From Camelus ferus (taxonomy: Eukaryota): a stretch of DNA of 64,000 nucleotides. The DNA lies in assembly GCF_009834535.1 (NCBI RefSeq), contig NC_045697.1, positions 100,566,001 to 100,630,000 of the forward strand, read 5' to 3'. The position numbers and the translations under genes were made by a program. The notes below the pieces were generated by a model. The model was not told where the DNA came from, did not search any database, and saw nothing but the letters and a program-made list of their open reading frames with translations. This document shows positions 39,480 to 52,937 of the stretch, piece after piece; position 1 is the first letter of the stretch; each line of letters begins with the position of its first letter.

Positions 39480-41870
39480 GTTTCAAGCAACACTACTGGT
39501 TCAAGGAAATTCTGATAAGTTCTACAGGAACTATCAAAAAATCTTTCAAGTGCTGAATAAGTTTTAAAAAATAGCAGTTACATAAATGAATGAGATCTGA
39601 ATAAATGGATAGAAATTCTCTGAAGCCTGAAATGAAGCAACAGCAGAAGTCCAGGAAGTTAACTAAGGGCTGAAGCTGCCCCCTGACCCAGGAAATATGA
39701 CCTCTGAATAGTTGGTTTCCAGCTTTGGTTTTAATGACTGTGCTTAAGAGAGGGGCAAGTCAAAGATTAGGGCCTTGACAGTGAGGAGTCAAGACTGCAG
39801 ACCCTCGTATAAAGCCCAGATTTACAAAGGCCTAAATCAGAGAAGGAAAGAAGTAGGAAACTTCTCTGACTAGGACTGGCTTTGGGTAAAGGGACAAGCA
39901 AAGGGACAAAATATTTTTGACCATGGGCCTATTCTTTAATGGGCTTGGAACCTGAATTCACACTATTCATAATGAAATACTTTTGGTTTAAAGAAGATCT
40001 GAGCTGATAGTTTACTGGGACATACAGAAAGTTGGCAAACTCTTGGTGAATACATCCTTGTACCAAGCCACAGCAAATTCCCACAGAATTTTAACAAACA
40101 TGCTTGAATCCAGCTCATAAAACACATTAATAAAACAAGAAATGGTGAGTGAAAGAGTAGGTATGACAGAATCAGACAAATATTGGAATTAATAGAAATA
40201 TAAGATTAGTATGACTAGTAAATTTATATAAATAAAATGTGGAATAAAAAATCTGATTAAGGATCAAACATCTATCCAAGATAAGCAGGCATAGTTGAAA
40301 AAAAGCAAAATTAGACTTTTAGAAATGAAAGATGTAGTCAGTGAAATTAAAGCTAAGTACAGAAAAACACTTTGAGAGTTAATGAAGCCAGAATATACAG
40401 ATTAAGAAATCATATAATTGGTACCCACAAAGACAAAGTGATGGAAAAGTATAAAAGAGAGATTAAGAAACATGGATGATAGAATGAGCTAGTCCAACAT
40501 ATATCTTTTTTTCCTCTTTTTTTTTTAATTGAGTTACAGTCATTTTACAATGTTGTGTCAAATTTCAGTGTAGAGCACAATTTTTCAGTTATACATGAAC
40601 ATACATATATTCATTGTCACACATTTTTTTTTCACTGTGAGCTACCACAAGATCTTGTATGTATTTCCCTGTGCTATACAGTATAATCTGGTTTATCTAT
40701 TCTACATTTTGAAATCCCAGTCTGTCCCTTCCCACACCCCACCCCCTTGGCAACCACAAGTTTGTATTCTATGTCTATGAGTCTATTTCTGTTCTGTATT
40801 TATGTATGTTTTGTTTTGTTTTGGTTTTTAGATTCCACATATGAGCAATCTCATATGGTATTTTTCTTTCTATTTCTGGCTTACTTCACTTAGAATGACA
40901 TTCTCCAGGAGCATCCATGTTGCTGCAGATGGCATTATGGTGTCAATTTTTATGGCTGAATAGTATTCCATTGTGTAAATATACCATATCTTCTTTGTCC
41001 AGTCATCTGTTGATGGACATTTAGGCTGTTTCCAAGTCTTGGCTCTTGTAAATAGTGCTGCTGTGAACATTGGGGTGCAGGTGTCATTTTGGAGTAGGGT
41101 TCCTTCTGGATATAAGACCAGGAGCAGGATTCCTGGGTCATATGGTAAGTCTACTCCTAGTCTTTTGAGGACTCTACTATTTTCCACAGTGGCTGCACCA
41201 AACTGCACTCCCACCAGCAGTGAAGGAGGGTTCCCTTTTCTCCAGAGCCTCTCCAGCATTTGTCATTTGTGGACTTTTGAATGATGGCCATTCTGACTGG
41301 TGTGAGGTGATACCTCATTGTAGTTTTGATTTGTATTTCTCTATAATTAGTGATATTGAGTATTTTTTCATGTGCCTAGTCCAACATATATCTAATCAAA
41401 GTTCTGGAAGAAATAATAGACAAAACAGAAGCAATATTTAAGTGGATAATGGCTGAGATGGAATTTCATGAGCAATAATGAACTTATTTTTTGTAGTACC
41501 CCAAAAAATCACAAATAGAATAAATTATCACACCTAGGTACAAATTTAGCAAAACTGCAGAGCACCAAATAAAATAGCAAGTCTTTACAAAAAGCAGAGA
41601 GAAGAGATGGATTATGAACAAAGGAATGGTGACTAGATTACCATTTGACTTCTCAGCAGGAGACAGAAGGTACTATAATAACATCTTCAAAATGCTGAAA
41701 GCTTCTTTCAACCTAGAATCAGATGCAGCAAAGATATCTTTTCAAAGAAAGCCAAACTAGAGACATTTTCATGTAGTAAGTGGTCTACCACAACAGATTC
41801 TCCCTGAAGTAACATCTGAAGTTTATACTTCAGAAAGAAGGAAAAAGATGCTTCAAGGACGATCTGAGAG
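39480..41870 (+). mobile_element. Old L1M 5'/ORF1 remnant (hosts the young L1)
   Basis: ORF1-like text: TTTAGAAATGAAAGATGTAGTCAGTGAAATTAA, ATGGATGATAGAATGAG, ACATCTTCAAAATGCTGAAA, CAACCTAGAATC. Confidence 0.6.
40507..41375 (-). mobile_element. Young 5'-truncated L1 with 18-bp TSD
   Basis: ORF 40870..41259 (-) reads into the ORF2 C-terminus; poly-T at ~40506-40526. TSD CTAGTCCAACATATATCT at 40489-40506 and 41376-41393. Same subfamily as 22647-23433. Confidence 0.95.
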
Positions 41871-43892
41871 GTATTTTAAAGTGGGACACAAAAAATGGGG
41901 CACAAATGAAAGTAATTTAAGAGGATTTCCACAGTGTGGGTAACATCCTATTTCACTGTATTGTTACTTATTAACATGTTATATGTGCTACATATGTTCT
42001 TTTATGTACTAACTGCTCCATAATTTTAAAAATAGATGAAAAACATCATATGGTCCCTCTAAGAAAAATAATATGGTAGCATAAGAGAAGCATATTTCTC
42101 TGAATATCCAGGAAAATTAAGTCTCTGGGAAAATAATTTATGAAGGGAAGCAAAAGAAACTGAGACAACTGTTTGGTGTCTGCAAAAGGATTCAAGCAAT
42201 TGTCGTTCCTAAGAATTATGAGTATCAGAAATACGTAAGGAACAAGCTGAGAAGGGAGTAACTGACTGCCGTGCAAAAATAAGAAGCTGAGAATAAAAAG
42301 GAGGTGGATGGAGAGAGAGAGATGGGAGGGGGAGGGAAGAGGGAGGAGAGGAGACAGAGAAGAATGAATCAATTCCCAGACTAGAGCTATATTTGATTGC
42401 AGTCGTACCAAGAGGAAGGAATAAAATATGAATCAAGGAAGATTTCTGGGTGATGGGAGCAGAGAGAAGGAAGGGACTTGGTAGGGCTGCCCTTTCACAG
42501 ACCCTCAGAAAAAGTGTCTTGATAAGATGGCATACTTACTTGATTGGGCTGTTGAGAAGCGGGGCACATGATATTCTGCGATCCCAAGATCTGAAGGCTA
42601 TTAAACATCAAATCATATAACAGAAACCTGGGCCATATTGAATTTAATATGGTGAGAACTCCTGACTACCACACAGCTGGCCTCATGTCAATTTGTTTAT
42701 GCCAATGAAAACTTTTATCATGTAAATGATCTGTGAACACTTGGAAAGTAGGATTTGCTTGTCATTATTTTATAAATGTGGAAACTGCAGATGAAAATGG
42801 ACTTGTCCAGGGTCACACAGAGATGAAATGGTGAATCCAGCATTTGAACTCACGTCTCTCTGTCTCTCTCTCTTCAAAATCCCATGTTCCTTATTATATA
42901 CTTACTGCCTACCACTTGCCAGGCACTCAACTCGAACCGTAAAACCTGCCCCATAAGGTAGGGATTATTAAACATACAAACAAACATTCTGTGTTCTCTT
43001 CAATCTGTCTCAGCTCTAAGACATTTATCTGATTTTGGAGATGCTAATCACCGGAAAACTGATACCACCATCTAAGTGAGGAAACAGGTACACACCCAAA
43101 ACAGAGAACAAACATGCTAATATACAAACAAGTGTGTTCAAGTGCAAAGGAATTATTTAATATGAATTGAAGTTAATATGGAAAGTCTTCTTGAAGGCGA
43201 ACTCTCTTGAGAAAGCCTTTGAGAGAAGGGTTTGGGATACCGTGTCAAATACTAACCAGAAAAAGGGCTAGGGAAGCACATCTGAAGGGTTAGAAGTAGG
43301 AAGCAGCAAAATGATGTGTTCTAAACTATAATTATACAAGATGGTAAGGGGAGATGAAACTCAGTGGATCAACGAATGGGAGGCTTTTTAAATAAGGGCC
43401 TAAGGAGTCAGTATCTGATTTTATATAGAATCTTAAGGTTCAGCTCTGATTGCTGTCCAGTACGTAAAATTGGTGTTTGATCTTTTCTTTTCCTTTGCAA
43501 GTCAACATAGCACTTTCTCACCTATTTCTATGTTAATTCAAAAAGCTACCCAATAAATTATGTTTTATTCTTTATTTTGAGTCATTTTTTATTGAAACTT
43601 TGGGTGCAGGCATGTTTTTCCCCCCCATATTAAAGACTATTGAATTCAGACCACACAAAAAATCCAATGGCTCATTTATAAAGCAGAAATGTCCAAAGTT
43701 TCCCAGAAAAAAAAAAAGTTCATTTCACAGTTGCTTTGAAGTAATACCACAAGGTCATTTTAGTTGGCTGGGTTTTCCTACGGTTGTTTATTGATTCAGT
43801 CTCCAAACAAGCATATGTAAATCTGTATGTGTTTTACACAGGTGGAATTAAGAAAATGGCACTTCATGTATTTCTCCAGCTATCCATCCTTT

Positions 43893-44407
43893 TGTAATTG
43901 AAAAGAACAAATCTGACTCCATATTAGATCTGTTCCTTTGATGTTCATCCTGTGCTGCTTCCTGTGTTGTCATGCTGAGTGTCCATCTTTTGTAAAAGAA
44001 TGTTGCCTATAGCCTGAAATATACAGGATAGCCCATTTTAAAGGCTCTGACCTCTAAGGGTATAACACTTTCCCATTCATACAGAGATAAAAAGTTGCAG
44101 ACTAGAAAATAAGATTCGTCTTGCTGGACGTTTGCAGGAACACCATAGCCTGACCTACACGGACAGCTGCAAGAACAAAGGATTTCAACAGCAAGAAGTT
44201 TGTGACAACCAACCACATGCCCTCCCCTTTCTAGTATAAAAGGAGCCTGAAATCTGACTTGGGGGAAGATGATTCTCCAGGATGTTAGTCTGCCATTCTG
44301 TCAGTCGGCCAGCTTTCTGAATAAAGTCGTCATTCCTCGCCCCAACACCTGGTCTGCCGATCTTGGCCTGTTGTGCAGTGAGCAGAGCGAGTTTAGACGC
44401 AGTAACA
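43893..44407 (+). mobile_element. ERV1-type solo LTR (MER41-like) with 4-bp TSD
   Basis: TGTAATTGAAAAGAACAAATCTGACTCCAT...GCAGTAACA; CTTT on both sides; TATAAAA at ~44235 and AATAAA at ~44320. Confidence 0.9.
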
Positions 44408-46021
44408 CTTTGGCACATTACTTAGTTCTTTGAACCCCACTTGCACCGTAGGTAAACTGGAGATAATGATCCCTATCTTGTTGTATTCAGTTTTAGGATG
44501 AAAAATGACGCATCTTAAACTGCCAGGTTATACTTGCCGTAGGATAGACAGCTGGTGAATAATACAGCCATTGTTCATCATTTATTGGCCAATCCTTAAC
44601 TAGCTTGTAATATGCTAAGGAGGGTGAGGCTTTGCTCAAATATGGGCTTTGATGGGTTCAAATATTGGATTCACCACTTAATTTCTGTGTGATCCAGGTA
44701 AGTTTATCTCAGATTTTCAGTTTCTTATTGAATAAAGTGTCCCCTTTGGCCAGATTTAAAACTAGGCCCACATTAGCATGTGTAACAATTTAATATTTTC
44801 CACATTATATCATCCTGACATCGCAACAATACCTTGTCTCAGTGGATGTACATCTATGAGTTAAGTTTGTATGACTAATGGTGCCTACGTATATAGATCA
44901 GACTTTGAGACTTTAATTTCAGGCTTCCTTTTCTCTCTGTTTTTGAGTGCACAAGAATTAGCACACATCTGCCATGAAAAGTCCCACTGAACAATCATGG
45001 GGGGAAAAGCTAGTCATTTAAAATGACATTGTGATTTTTACCTAAAAGTAACTGTGATAGGAAATGCTAGCAAATAGGATTATCTGCAAGCCACTGTTTG
45101 CAGTTATATTAACCCACAAAATCAACCACCACCTGTTGTAAACTTCTCAATGGTAGCAATTATGGCATATATTTTCCCCTTGGAAAGGAGGAACTAGACC
45201 GTATACTTACTTCTGTATAATCTGTGCTATGTAGTAGATTCTCAGTGCAGACTTAGTAATAAAAAAAAAAAAAAAATGCTGGTGAAAGGCTGGTTTGGTA
45301 ACATTAGTTTTAGGTCTGTCAAAGCCGATTTTGAATCCTCAGATCTTCGATTTCCCAAACTAAGCTTAGGTATAAATGCAAACAAACATAGATTTTAAAG
45401 GGAAGATTTGTATCTGTGGGGTTCAGACCAGCAAATGAAGCAGCAAAACTTCCAACACAATTTACATGCCATAATTATTCATGTAGCAATGAAAGCACTT
45501 CTGAACACCTTGCATACCTATTTCCAACACTTCTTTTATTTCACTGTGTTTGAGCATAGTGTCGATTTTGCAAACATAAAATTTTCCTTCGCCTGCACTA
45601 GAACCTCATTTCTTATTCATGTTTCAAAGGAAGAAAAAGGCCAACCCTCCCTTTTGAAAGTCATTTTTCAGGGAAATGCCCATTCACTGTTTTTGTGAGT
45701 TTCTGCAATCAATAGTAAACTATGACATACTTTCTTGGAATACAGCAGATTTTCTCTGTTATATTGGACAAGAATCCAAATACGTATTATATTACACTTA
45801 TCTGAATTTTACTTTTTTGTTTCAACTATGTGAGCGGGTTTACTTCTGTGGTTTGCTTAATTAATACAGGGTTTATTGACAACTCTTTCTTATACTGGAA
45901 TGATACTTGTTTTTAATATAACTTTATTGGAGATATTTTGGAACATAATCATTACTGTCAGTTTTAATTTAAGATCTACAAGTGAGGAATTTTAGTGATA
46001 GCCTTATCACTTTTTAAAGCA

Positions 46022-46575
46022 TGTAGGGGAGGAAAAATAATTTTCCCTCTGCCCTTCTATGTTTTTGCCTGAGACTCACTCGTAATAAAAAAAACAGATA
46101 AACAAGAAAAGACAAACAAAAGTTTAATAATATATATACCTCCTGTACATATGGGAGATGCCCAAGAAAACCAAGTAACTCACTGAAATTACCCAGCCAC
46201 CACCTTAAAATGTCGTCTCCAGCTAAAGACAAAAGAATGACGTGGTGGGGTCGGGTAGGGTGGGGGAGGCCAGTTATGGGAGGTTACCAGGAAAAGCACA
46301 ATAAACAAAAGTGTGATGGTTATACAGATTTAAGTTCTCTAATTGATTCTCTAATTGATAAGAGTTTCTAGAATATTGGTCCTTCTCCACTTCCTGGTAC
46401 AGAGAGGGAGACACCCTTAAAATGGAGATTTCCCTTATACATGTATATTTCTCTTATAAAAGGGTAACTAGTTGGTTTTCAGAGCTTTCCCTATGTCTGC
46501 TGTTTCTTATAAATAATCAGCTCAAGATAATCCTTACACCAAAGAGGCATATTCGGGGGGGGGGGGCAATATTAA
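46022..46575 (-). mobile_element. MER34-like ERV1 LTR
   Basis: Minus strand AATATGCCTCTTTGGTGTAAGGATTATCTTGAGCTGATTATTT matches the recalled MER34 5' end; terminates ...CCTACA. Confidence 0.75.
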
Positions 46576-46599
46576 ACAGGAGATTTTTAGTAATTGGTT

Positions 46600-48260
46600 G
46601 TCATTTTTTACCTTAAAAAGAGAAAAAAGTTTATATTTTGATGAAACCCAATTATTTCACTTTTTTTCTTTTACAGGTAGTACTTTCTGTGTTCTGTCTA
46701 AGAAATATTTACCTACCTCGAGATTGCAAATCTCCTATGCTTTCTTCTGTAAGGTTTATGCTTTTAACTTTACATTTAGGTCTATGAACCACTTTGTGTT
46801 AATTTTCATGAATAACATGTGTTAGAAAATTGAAAATATATATATTTTGCCCCTAAAAAGCACAGTTGTTCCTATATCATTTGTCAAAAAAATTTTCCTC
46901 TCAATCTCTTACCTTGGCATAATTATCAAAACCAATTGGCTATATACGTGTGAATTTTTTTCTGGACTCTTTATTCTGTTCCTTTGATTTGTCTGTCTAT
47001 CTTTATGCCATTACACATTGTTTTGGTCTTTGTAGCTTTACAGTCAGTGTTGATATATGGTAGTACAGATCCTCCAACATTGTTCTTTTTCAAAAGTGTT
47101 TTGCCTCTTCTAGGTTCTCTACAGTTGCATATCAAAGTTGGAATCTGCTCACTGAGTTGGATAAGAAAGCCTGCTGGGATTTGCACTGAATCTGGAGAAT
47201 TAACATCTTAATAATTTTATATCATCTTCCAATAGATGAATATGGTATTTCTCCAAACGTTTAGATGAAGGGTTAACAAACTTTCCTGCAAAGGGCAAGG
47301 TGAGTATTTTAAGCTTTGATAAATAAAAATGGTCTCTGTTGCAACTTCTCAATTGCAAAAGTGGCCTTAGCCACATGTAAACAAATGGGAGTGGCTGTAT
47401 TCTGAATACAAAAATAGGCCAAAGCAGCAAGCCCACCCTTGATTTAAGTTATTTTCATTTTCTGTCAGCAATATTTTGCAGTTTTCAGAGTAATGCTATT
47501 AATTTACTCTTCAGTATTAAATACGCTTCAGTATCTTATTCATTGCTGTATACAAAATATAATTTATGTTTATATATTTACCTTGTATCCTGCAAAAAAT
47601 TCACTTTTAGTTACAGGAAATTTTTGTTTTCTCAGGAACCCATTGTCTACAAATAAGATAGTTTACTTATTGCCTTCTAGTTTTTATGACTTTTTTTCTT
47701 TTTCTTATCTTATTGAACTGCCTGGAATCTCCAGTACCAGCTGAATACAGCAGACATCTTTGCTTGCAGCTGATTTTAGGGGTAAGTCATTCATCTTTCA
47801 CTACGAAGTAAGATACTAGCTGTACACTTCTTTGTAGATGCCCTTCATCAGGTTGAGGGAGCTTCCTTCTATTTCTAGTTTTCTAGTTTTTATCATGGCA
47901 GAATGTTGACTTTCGTCAAATACTTTTTCTCCTTTATTCAATTAATATGGAAAATGATATTGACTGCCTTTAAAATGTTAAACCAGCTTTGCATTACATA
48001 AATAATACTGTTTGTTCTTGATGTATTATTCTTTTTAAACATTGAATTAGATTTGCTAATATTTTGTGTTATTTTATGTTAAAAAAAGACTTCCACTGTA
48101 GACTTATCTTCATGGTAATATCTTGTTGGGTTTTAGTAGGATAATTCTGGTTTCATAAAATAAGTTGAGAAGTATTTCTTCCTCCTATATTCTTAAACAG
48201 TTTGTGTAAGATTGGCATTATTTTTCCTTAATTGTTCAATAGAATTTACTAATTAAGCCA
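46600..48260 (-). mobile_element. Old L1M ORF2 fragment
   Basis: ORF 46971..47186 (-) IPAGF...KNNVGGSVLP...KATKTKT...KIDRQI is L1 ORF2-like. Confidence 0.8.
47265..47440 (+). mobile_element. MER58-like hAT MITE nested in L1
   Basis: GGGTTAACAAACTTTCCTGCAAAGGGC...ATGTAAACAAATGGGAGTGGCTGTATTC. Confidence 0.65.
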
Positions 48261-49749
48261 CACCTGTACCCTCTGCCTTTTTCTTCTGTCCTTTTCATTG
48301 TGAGTTTTAGATTGATTTCACAAACCATGTTGTTTGAGTATCTTAATTTGGTCTGTAAGCCTTTTTGTTATGATACTTATAGGATAGTGATTAGAGGCTA
48401 CCATTTCATCAAGGTAACGTCCCGCACAACAGTTACCATAAGTAAAAAACCAATGATATTTTTATCAATGATTATGAGCCTTCTGTTGGTATAGCTGCCA
48501 TATGTCAAGAGTGCTTCTGAAAATTGATTTTGATAAAGGTTTTGAAGAAAATTTAGTTAAAAATGCAATGAAAAGTGACTGTAGGATTAAATACATATAT
48601 AAACCATAGAATTGTTATGTAAATTATCAAATACATATATAAACCACAGAATTAAGTTATGTAAATTAGCAAATTATTTCATGATAATTTCAAAGAGCTA
48701 TTATGTGCATACACACATATACATACACATATATCTGTAAGTTCTCAGATTTTGATTCTAGCAAGAATTTAAAACTATGAAATGACAGGTGAAATTATTT
48801 TTGACCAAAAATAAACTCAACAAACATTTTTGGAGGGCCTATAGGGTGAAAATCAAAATAAATGTCAATTTAACTTGGCTGATGTAGATACATTATTGTG
48901 TTGACTTTGGTTCACACCGTTTTGTTAAAGTTATTACATATTACAACAAGTGCATGAATTTAAATTAGAGAACTCAAGCAGTATGTATTTTCCATATGTC
49001 AGGAAGTACATGTGATGAAAATAAAATCCCTTTTTACAGTTAGTCATTGAAATAAATGCCAACAAGATCCATTCATATTGTGTACGTTTATAATGTATAC
49101 TTTCATTATATAATCTAAGTAAAGTAATTAATGTTTTTTGAACTAGATTTTGATTGATAAGTTCAGCTTTAAAAGACTGTTCAGAATAGTATTATTAGCA
49201 CATTGAATTATCTCTTGGTTCTGTTTAAATCCCTTCTCCCCCCACCCAACTAAGTACCAAAATATTTAAGATACCATATACTTTTAAACATATTAAGAAT
49301 TGACTATGCTATTATTTAATTATTTTAAGTTCATCTGCAGCTTGAAACTAGGTGTCCTTTCTCCTCCTTTGCCAAGGGCACACTCTGACACTGTAGTTGA
49401 AACAAAATCACCATCTCTAATGGGCATCAGCCAGAATGTGCCATCTACTAGTTGTGTTGTTTCTGACTTGCAGCAGCGCTCAGCCAGCCTGTTGTCAGTG
49501 ACTTGACTCAGATAACCTATGCTCTTTGCGGGGCTGCAACCCTCACAGCAGTTTTATCACAGAAACACAATGAGATCAGGAAGCAGAAATTCAAGGAAAC
49601 TAATTAGTTTCCTCCCTGGCCTTGGCTAAAGTTAAGCTAGAGCAAACAAATTTGGATTGAAAGATACTGCTTGAGAGTCAAAGGCTTTCCTCAGGAACTC
49701 TTTGTTCTAGAAGCAGTGGAGGGTGGTTGTCAATTTAGAGCTGGTAGAG

Positions 49750-49965
49750 AGTAAGGGTGTGACCTCAAGCCAGACCACCTGAGGTCAAATCCTTGCAGGG
49801 CCACTCAGTTGCATGTGAATTACAGGCAAGTTGTGACATTTTTCTGGACCTTGGTTTCTCTATCCGCAAAATGGAGATATAGTTCATATTTCATAGCATA
49901 GCTGTGAGGATTTCATGAGCAAATATTGAGCATCCAGGCACACAATGTAGGAGCTACAGAAGTAT
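49750..49965 (+). mobile_element. MIR SINE
   Basis: AGCCAGACCACCTGAGGTCAAATCC...GGCAAGTT...GGTTTCTCTATCCGCAAAATGGAGATA. Confidence 0.65.
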
Positions 49966-52755
49966 TAGCTAGTCTTGCTGTGCCACGGAGAAAGCAGTAA
50001 CCTAGGAAGCTTTTGAAAATTTAAGTAATCTTTAAGAGGAAGGGTATCCCTCTATTGTCAGGACCACCAAAAAGACAGAGATGGGAAGCAATCTTGAGGT
50101 AAGGCTACATTTCAGGCATGCTTTAACCAAAATGGAAACTTGAGGAGTTCCTCCTGGCTATGTTTTTCAAAGACCAGAAGATCAACTTGTTCTTGGCCTG
50201 TGATTTGTTCCTTAGGAGGACCACAAATAAGGTCACAGTGACGGATTTTGAACACTAAGTCAGATGAGCTAACTTTCAGCTACTTCCACGTAGTCTCCAA
50301 AGCTATAGAAAACATTTATTAGTCATTTATTTTAAAGAGAACTAGCCAGTTGGCTAACATTGTCTTTGGAATGAAAAATCAGATATTAAAAACTTATTCA
50401 ACTATGATTGTATTATTAATTTTTTAAATTCAAAGAAAGATTATTATGGTCACTTCTGTAAGGTTTAATTAATCTTTACTTCTTTCCACACTGTAATTTT
50501 ATTAGTTGCCTTTAGGCAGTTTCAAATATTCCATCAATCTTGGTCTTTGCTTTTAATTTATACAGTGGAATTTACTTGTTCATTGGTGTGAGTAATTTTC
50601 AATATCTTGCCAAACGGCCTGTGGCAACTGAAAATACAAGTTGCATATGTTAGATTTCTCTGTCTGAGGCAGTGCAACAAAAACATTATGCTGAAAACCC
50701 AGCTTCATTGAATTGCAGGCATTTATATGACTAATTAAAAAACATTTTTTTTTTCCTGGAATGAAGAAAACAAATTTGGCCTACATATTCCAGAGTCAAG
50801 TGATAGAGCAAAGTCCATCTTATGGCTATAGTCAGTTTCAATTTCACTTTATTATCATGCATTTTATTTTATCTTCCCAAGCTGACTAAATGCTTTATAT
50901 ATTATTCAGCTCATTCTGTTCCAGAACTTACATGTATTAGAAGCTCAATCAATATTTATAGACCAATTTTTGTTATTCTTATGTCTTCAGATTGTACTCT
51001 AAAGCTTGGCTCTATGAAGAAAATTCCCATCAGTTTTACACTGTTGTGAAAACTTCTCCAGTAGCTCAGAAAATTCATGGTGGCCACATGTTAAAAGTGT
51101 GCTGTCAGACATTAATGCCCCTCAGCCTTGGGGACAGCAGAAGCCCCCAGGCTGGTGAGCCCTAGCTAAGAGTTGCCTCCTCTAGTCCTCCTAGGCAGCC
51201 CAGGTGAAGCAGGATCTGGGATGTGATGATGTGTCCTCTGGCTGCAGTGATACCTGGCTCTGCTAGTTGGTACTGAGTGTGGCCAGTGAGGGGCCTTACT
51301 GTCTGCACAACTACTTCAGCGACCACCTGCAAAGCACACAGCATCTGTAAGGGAGCTGAAAGAGATATAAGAGTTCACCTTGAAGGAGAGCCAAGAAGCA
51401 CTGGAGCAGTTCAAGGTGAGGTGCAGACACAGATCCACTTCTCCATCACTAATGTCGATATTCACCTCTACACATACTTTAGTCCTTAGGGTGCTGCTAT
51501 ATCTGTTGCAGCAGAATCCAATCCAGCTGCAAAGCCTGATCTCATGATGCATACTCATGCTGCAAACCAGAGCTTCAGTGTATTGCTGTGAAAAAGTCTG
51601 ACTGGATGTGACATCACTGGTATCATCACAAGAAAATGCAACATTCCATTGTCTTAGAAAAGAATGATTGCTTCATTTCTTTAAATATAATTTCCAACTA
51701 TGGTAAAAGTTTGAAAGATTGTGAAAAAGTTTTTACTTTTTCAAATCTTACTTATTTTGTTGGTAGTAACTATCTAGAGTTCAGCCTTTTCATAAAAATA
51801 TTAAATGATTTTATGTGGAACTTTATGCACATTTAATATTTAAACCATTTCTAATATTTTTTTTTATTTTTAGCATACACTTAAGGCAAAGAAAACTTAG
51901 TTAAATTATGTTTTACCAAGCTCCAGGGAGCTGTATCATTTTTTTTCCGTGACATGACTCTGAAAAATTTGGGCCAGCACCCTTCCATTAGGGATTTTCA
52001 GTGATTAACATGTGCACAAGGTTGTCCAAAGAGTTCAAGTGTTCCCAAAAACTGGACACGAGACTTTTTCTGCAGGCTCCGAGGCACGATCACTCAGCCT
52101 CAGAAAATTCAGTACCTTCTTTCAACTGTAAAATTCCACAGGAACATTTCACATGGTTCCATTGCAATGTTTTACACTGGACTACGCCCTATTTGAAAAA
52201 GCGGTCCGCTGACAGGCTTACTCCTTCAAGTCACTGACCCTCGGTGCCAACTGCCTTGGACCAAGTCGTTACCCAGCTGTCTTCCTCCAACGTTGTCTTT
52301 AGTAAGACTTCAGAGCCGCCTTTCTTATAAGCCTGCGGGGCGGGTCAAAGTCTGGAGTAGCTGCCCACCCTGATCCGACACAGTTTTTTTCCCTTTCCTC
52401 TGGGCGACTTGGGGCCGCGACCAGTCTCCAGCCTTGGCTCGGGAAGCCTAGCATTCCATGCGGGGCACCGTGGAAGTGGCAGGTGGGCTCAGGGCCACCT
52501 CCTCATGACTACTCTGCAGGGTGCGTTAGAAGGGCTAGGCCAAGGCCAGGGCCACTGTCCCCGCGAGGCAGCGCCGGCGCTCCCAGACCTCCTCCCTCTT
52601 GCCCTCCAGGCCCTGCGCCCCCTGGGCATCGCAGTGGCCGACACCTTCCAGGGGGCGGGGAGCCACGACACCTGGGGCAGTCGTCCAAGAGCCGCTGCCA
52701 CCCGCCCCTCCCCCAGCCTCATGGGGGTGTTTATCTTCGCCTCTCCTCCTCGCTA

Positions 52756-52778
52756 TTTTCTCTTTCACTTTTCTTTTC
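52756..52778 (-). promoter_or_regulatory. IRF element (IRF-E) of the IL15 promoter
   Basis: Plus strand TTTTCTCTTTCACTTTTCTTTTC reads GAAAAGAAAAGTGAAAGAGAAAA on the minus strand, fitting the IRF1/2 consensus GAAAAGTGAAA. IRF1 dependence of IL15 is established. Confidence 0.8.
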
Positions 52779-52785
52779 GCTGGGG

Positions 52786-52937
52786 GCTGGGACGCCCTGG
52801 GTTCCCGGCGCCCAGGGAACCCCTGCTGTCTCGCTGGCAGCCGCAACAGTCCGACGTCGAGAAAGGGAGCCGGGTGACCGCGCCCGCCCGGCTGCGCTGC
52901 CTGCCGCCCCCTACCCTGCAGCCCGGACTCGATGGAG
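52786..52937 (+). other. IL15: IL15 non-coding exon 1, short form (5'UTR)
   Basis: CCCCCTACCCTGCAGCCCGGACTCGATGGAG|GTACAG matches my recollection of the end of human IL15 exon 1 (...CCCCCCACCCTGCAGCCAGGACTCGATGGAG). GT donor at 52938. An IRF element lies just upstream. TSS approximate; identification from memory. Confidence 0.85.
52814..52823 (+). promoter_or_regulatory. NF-kB-like site near the TSS
   Basis: AGGGAACCCC, positionally equivalent to the recalled human GGGGAATCCC. Confidence 0.45.

Noticed and set aside
51400..51430. RPL38 pseudogene suggested by FKVRC
   Set aside because: Only a 5-residue match; the flanking residues do not resemble RPL38.
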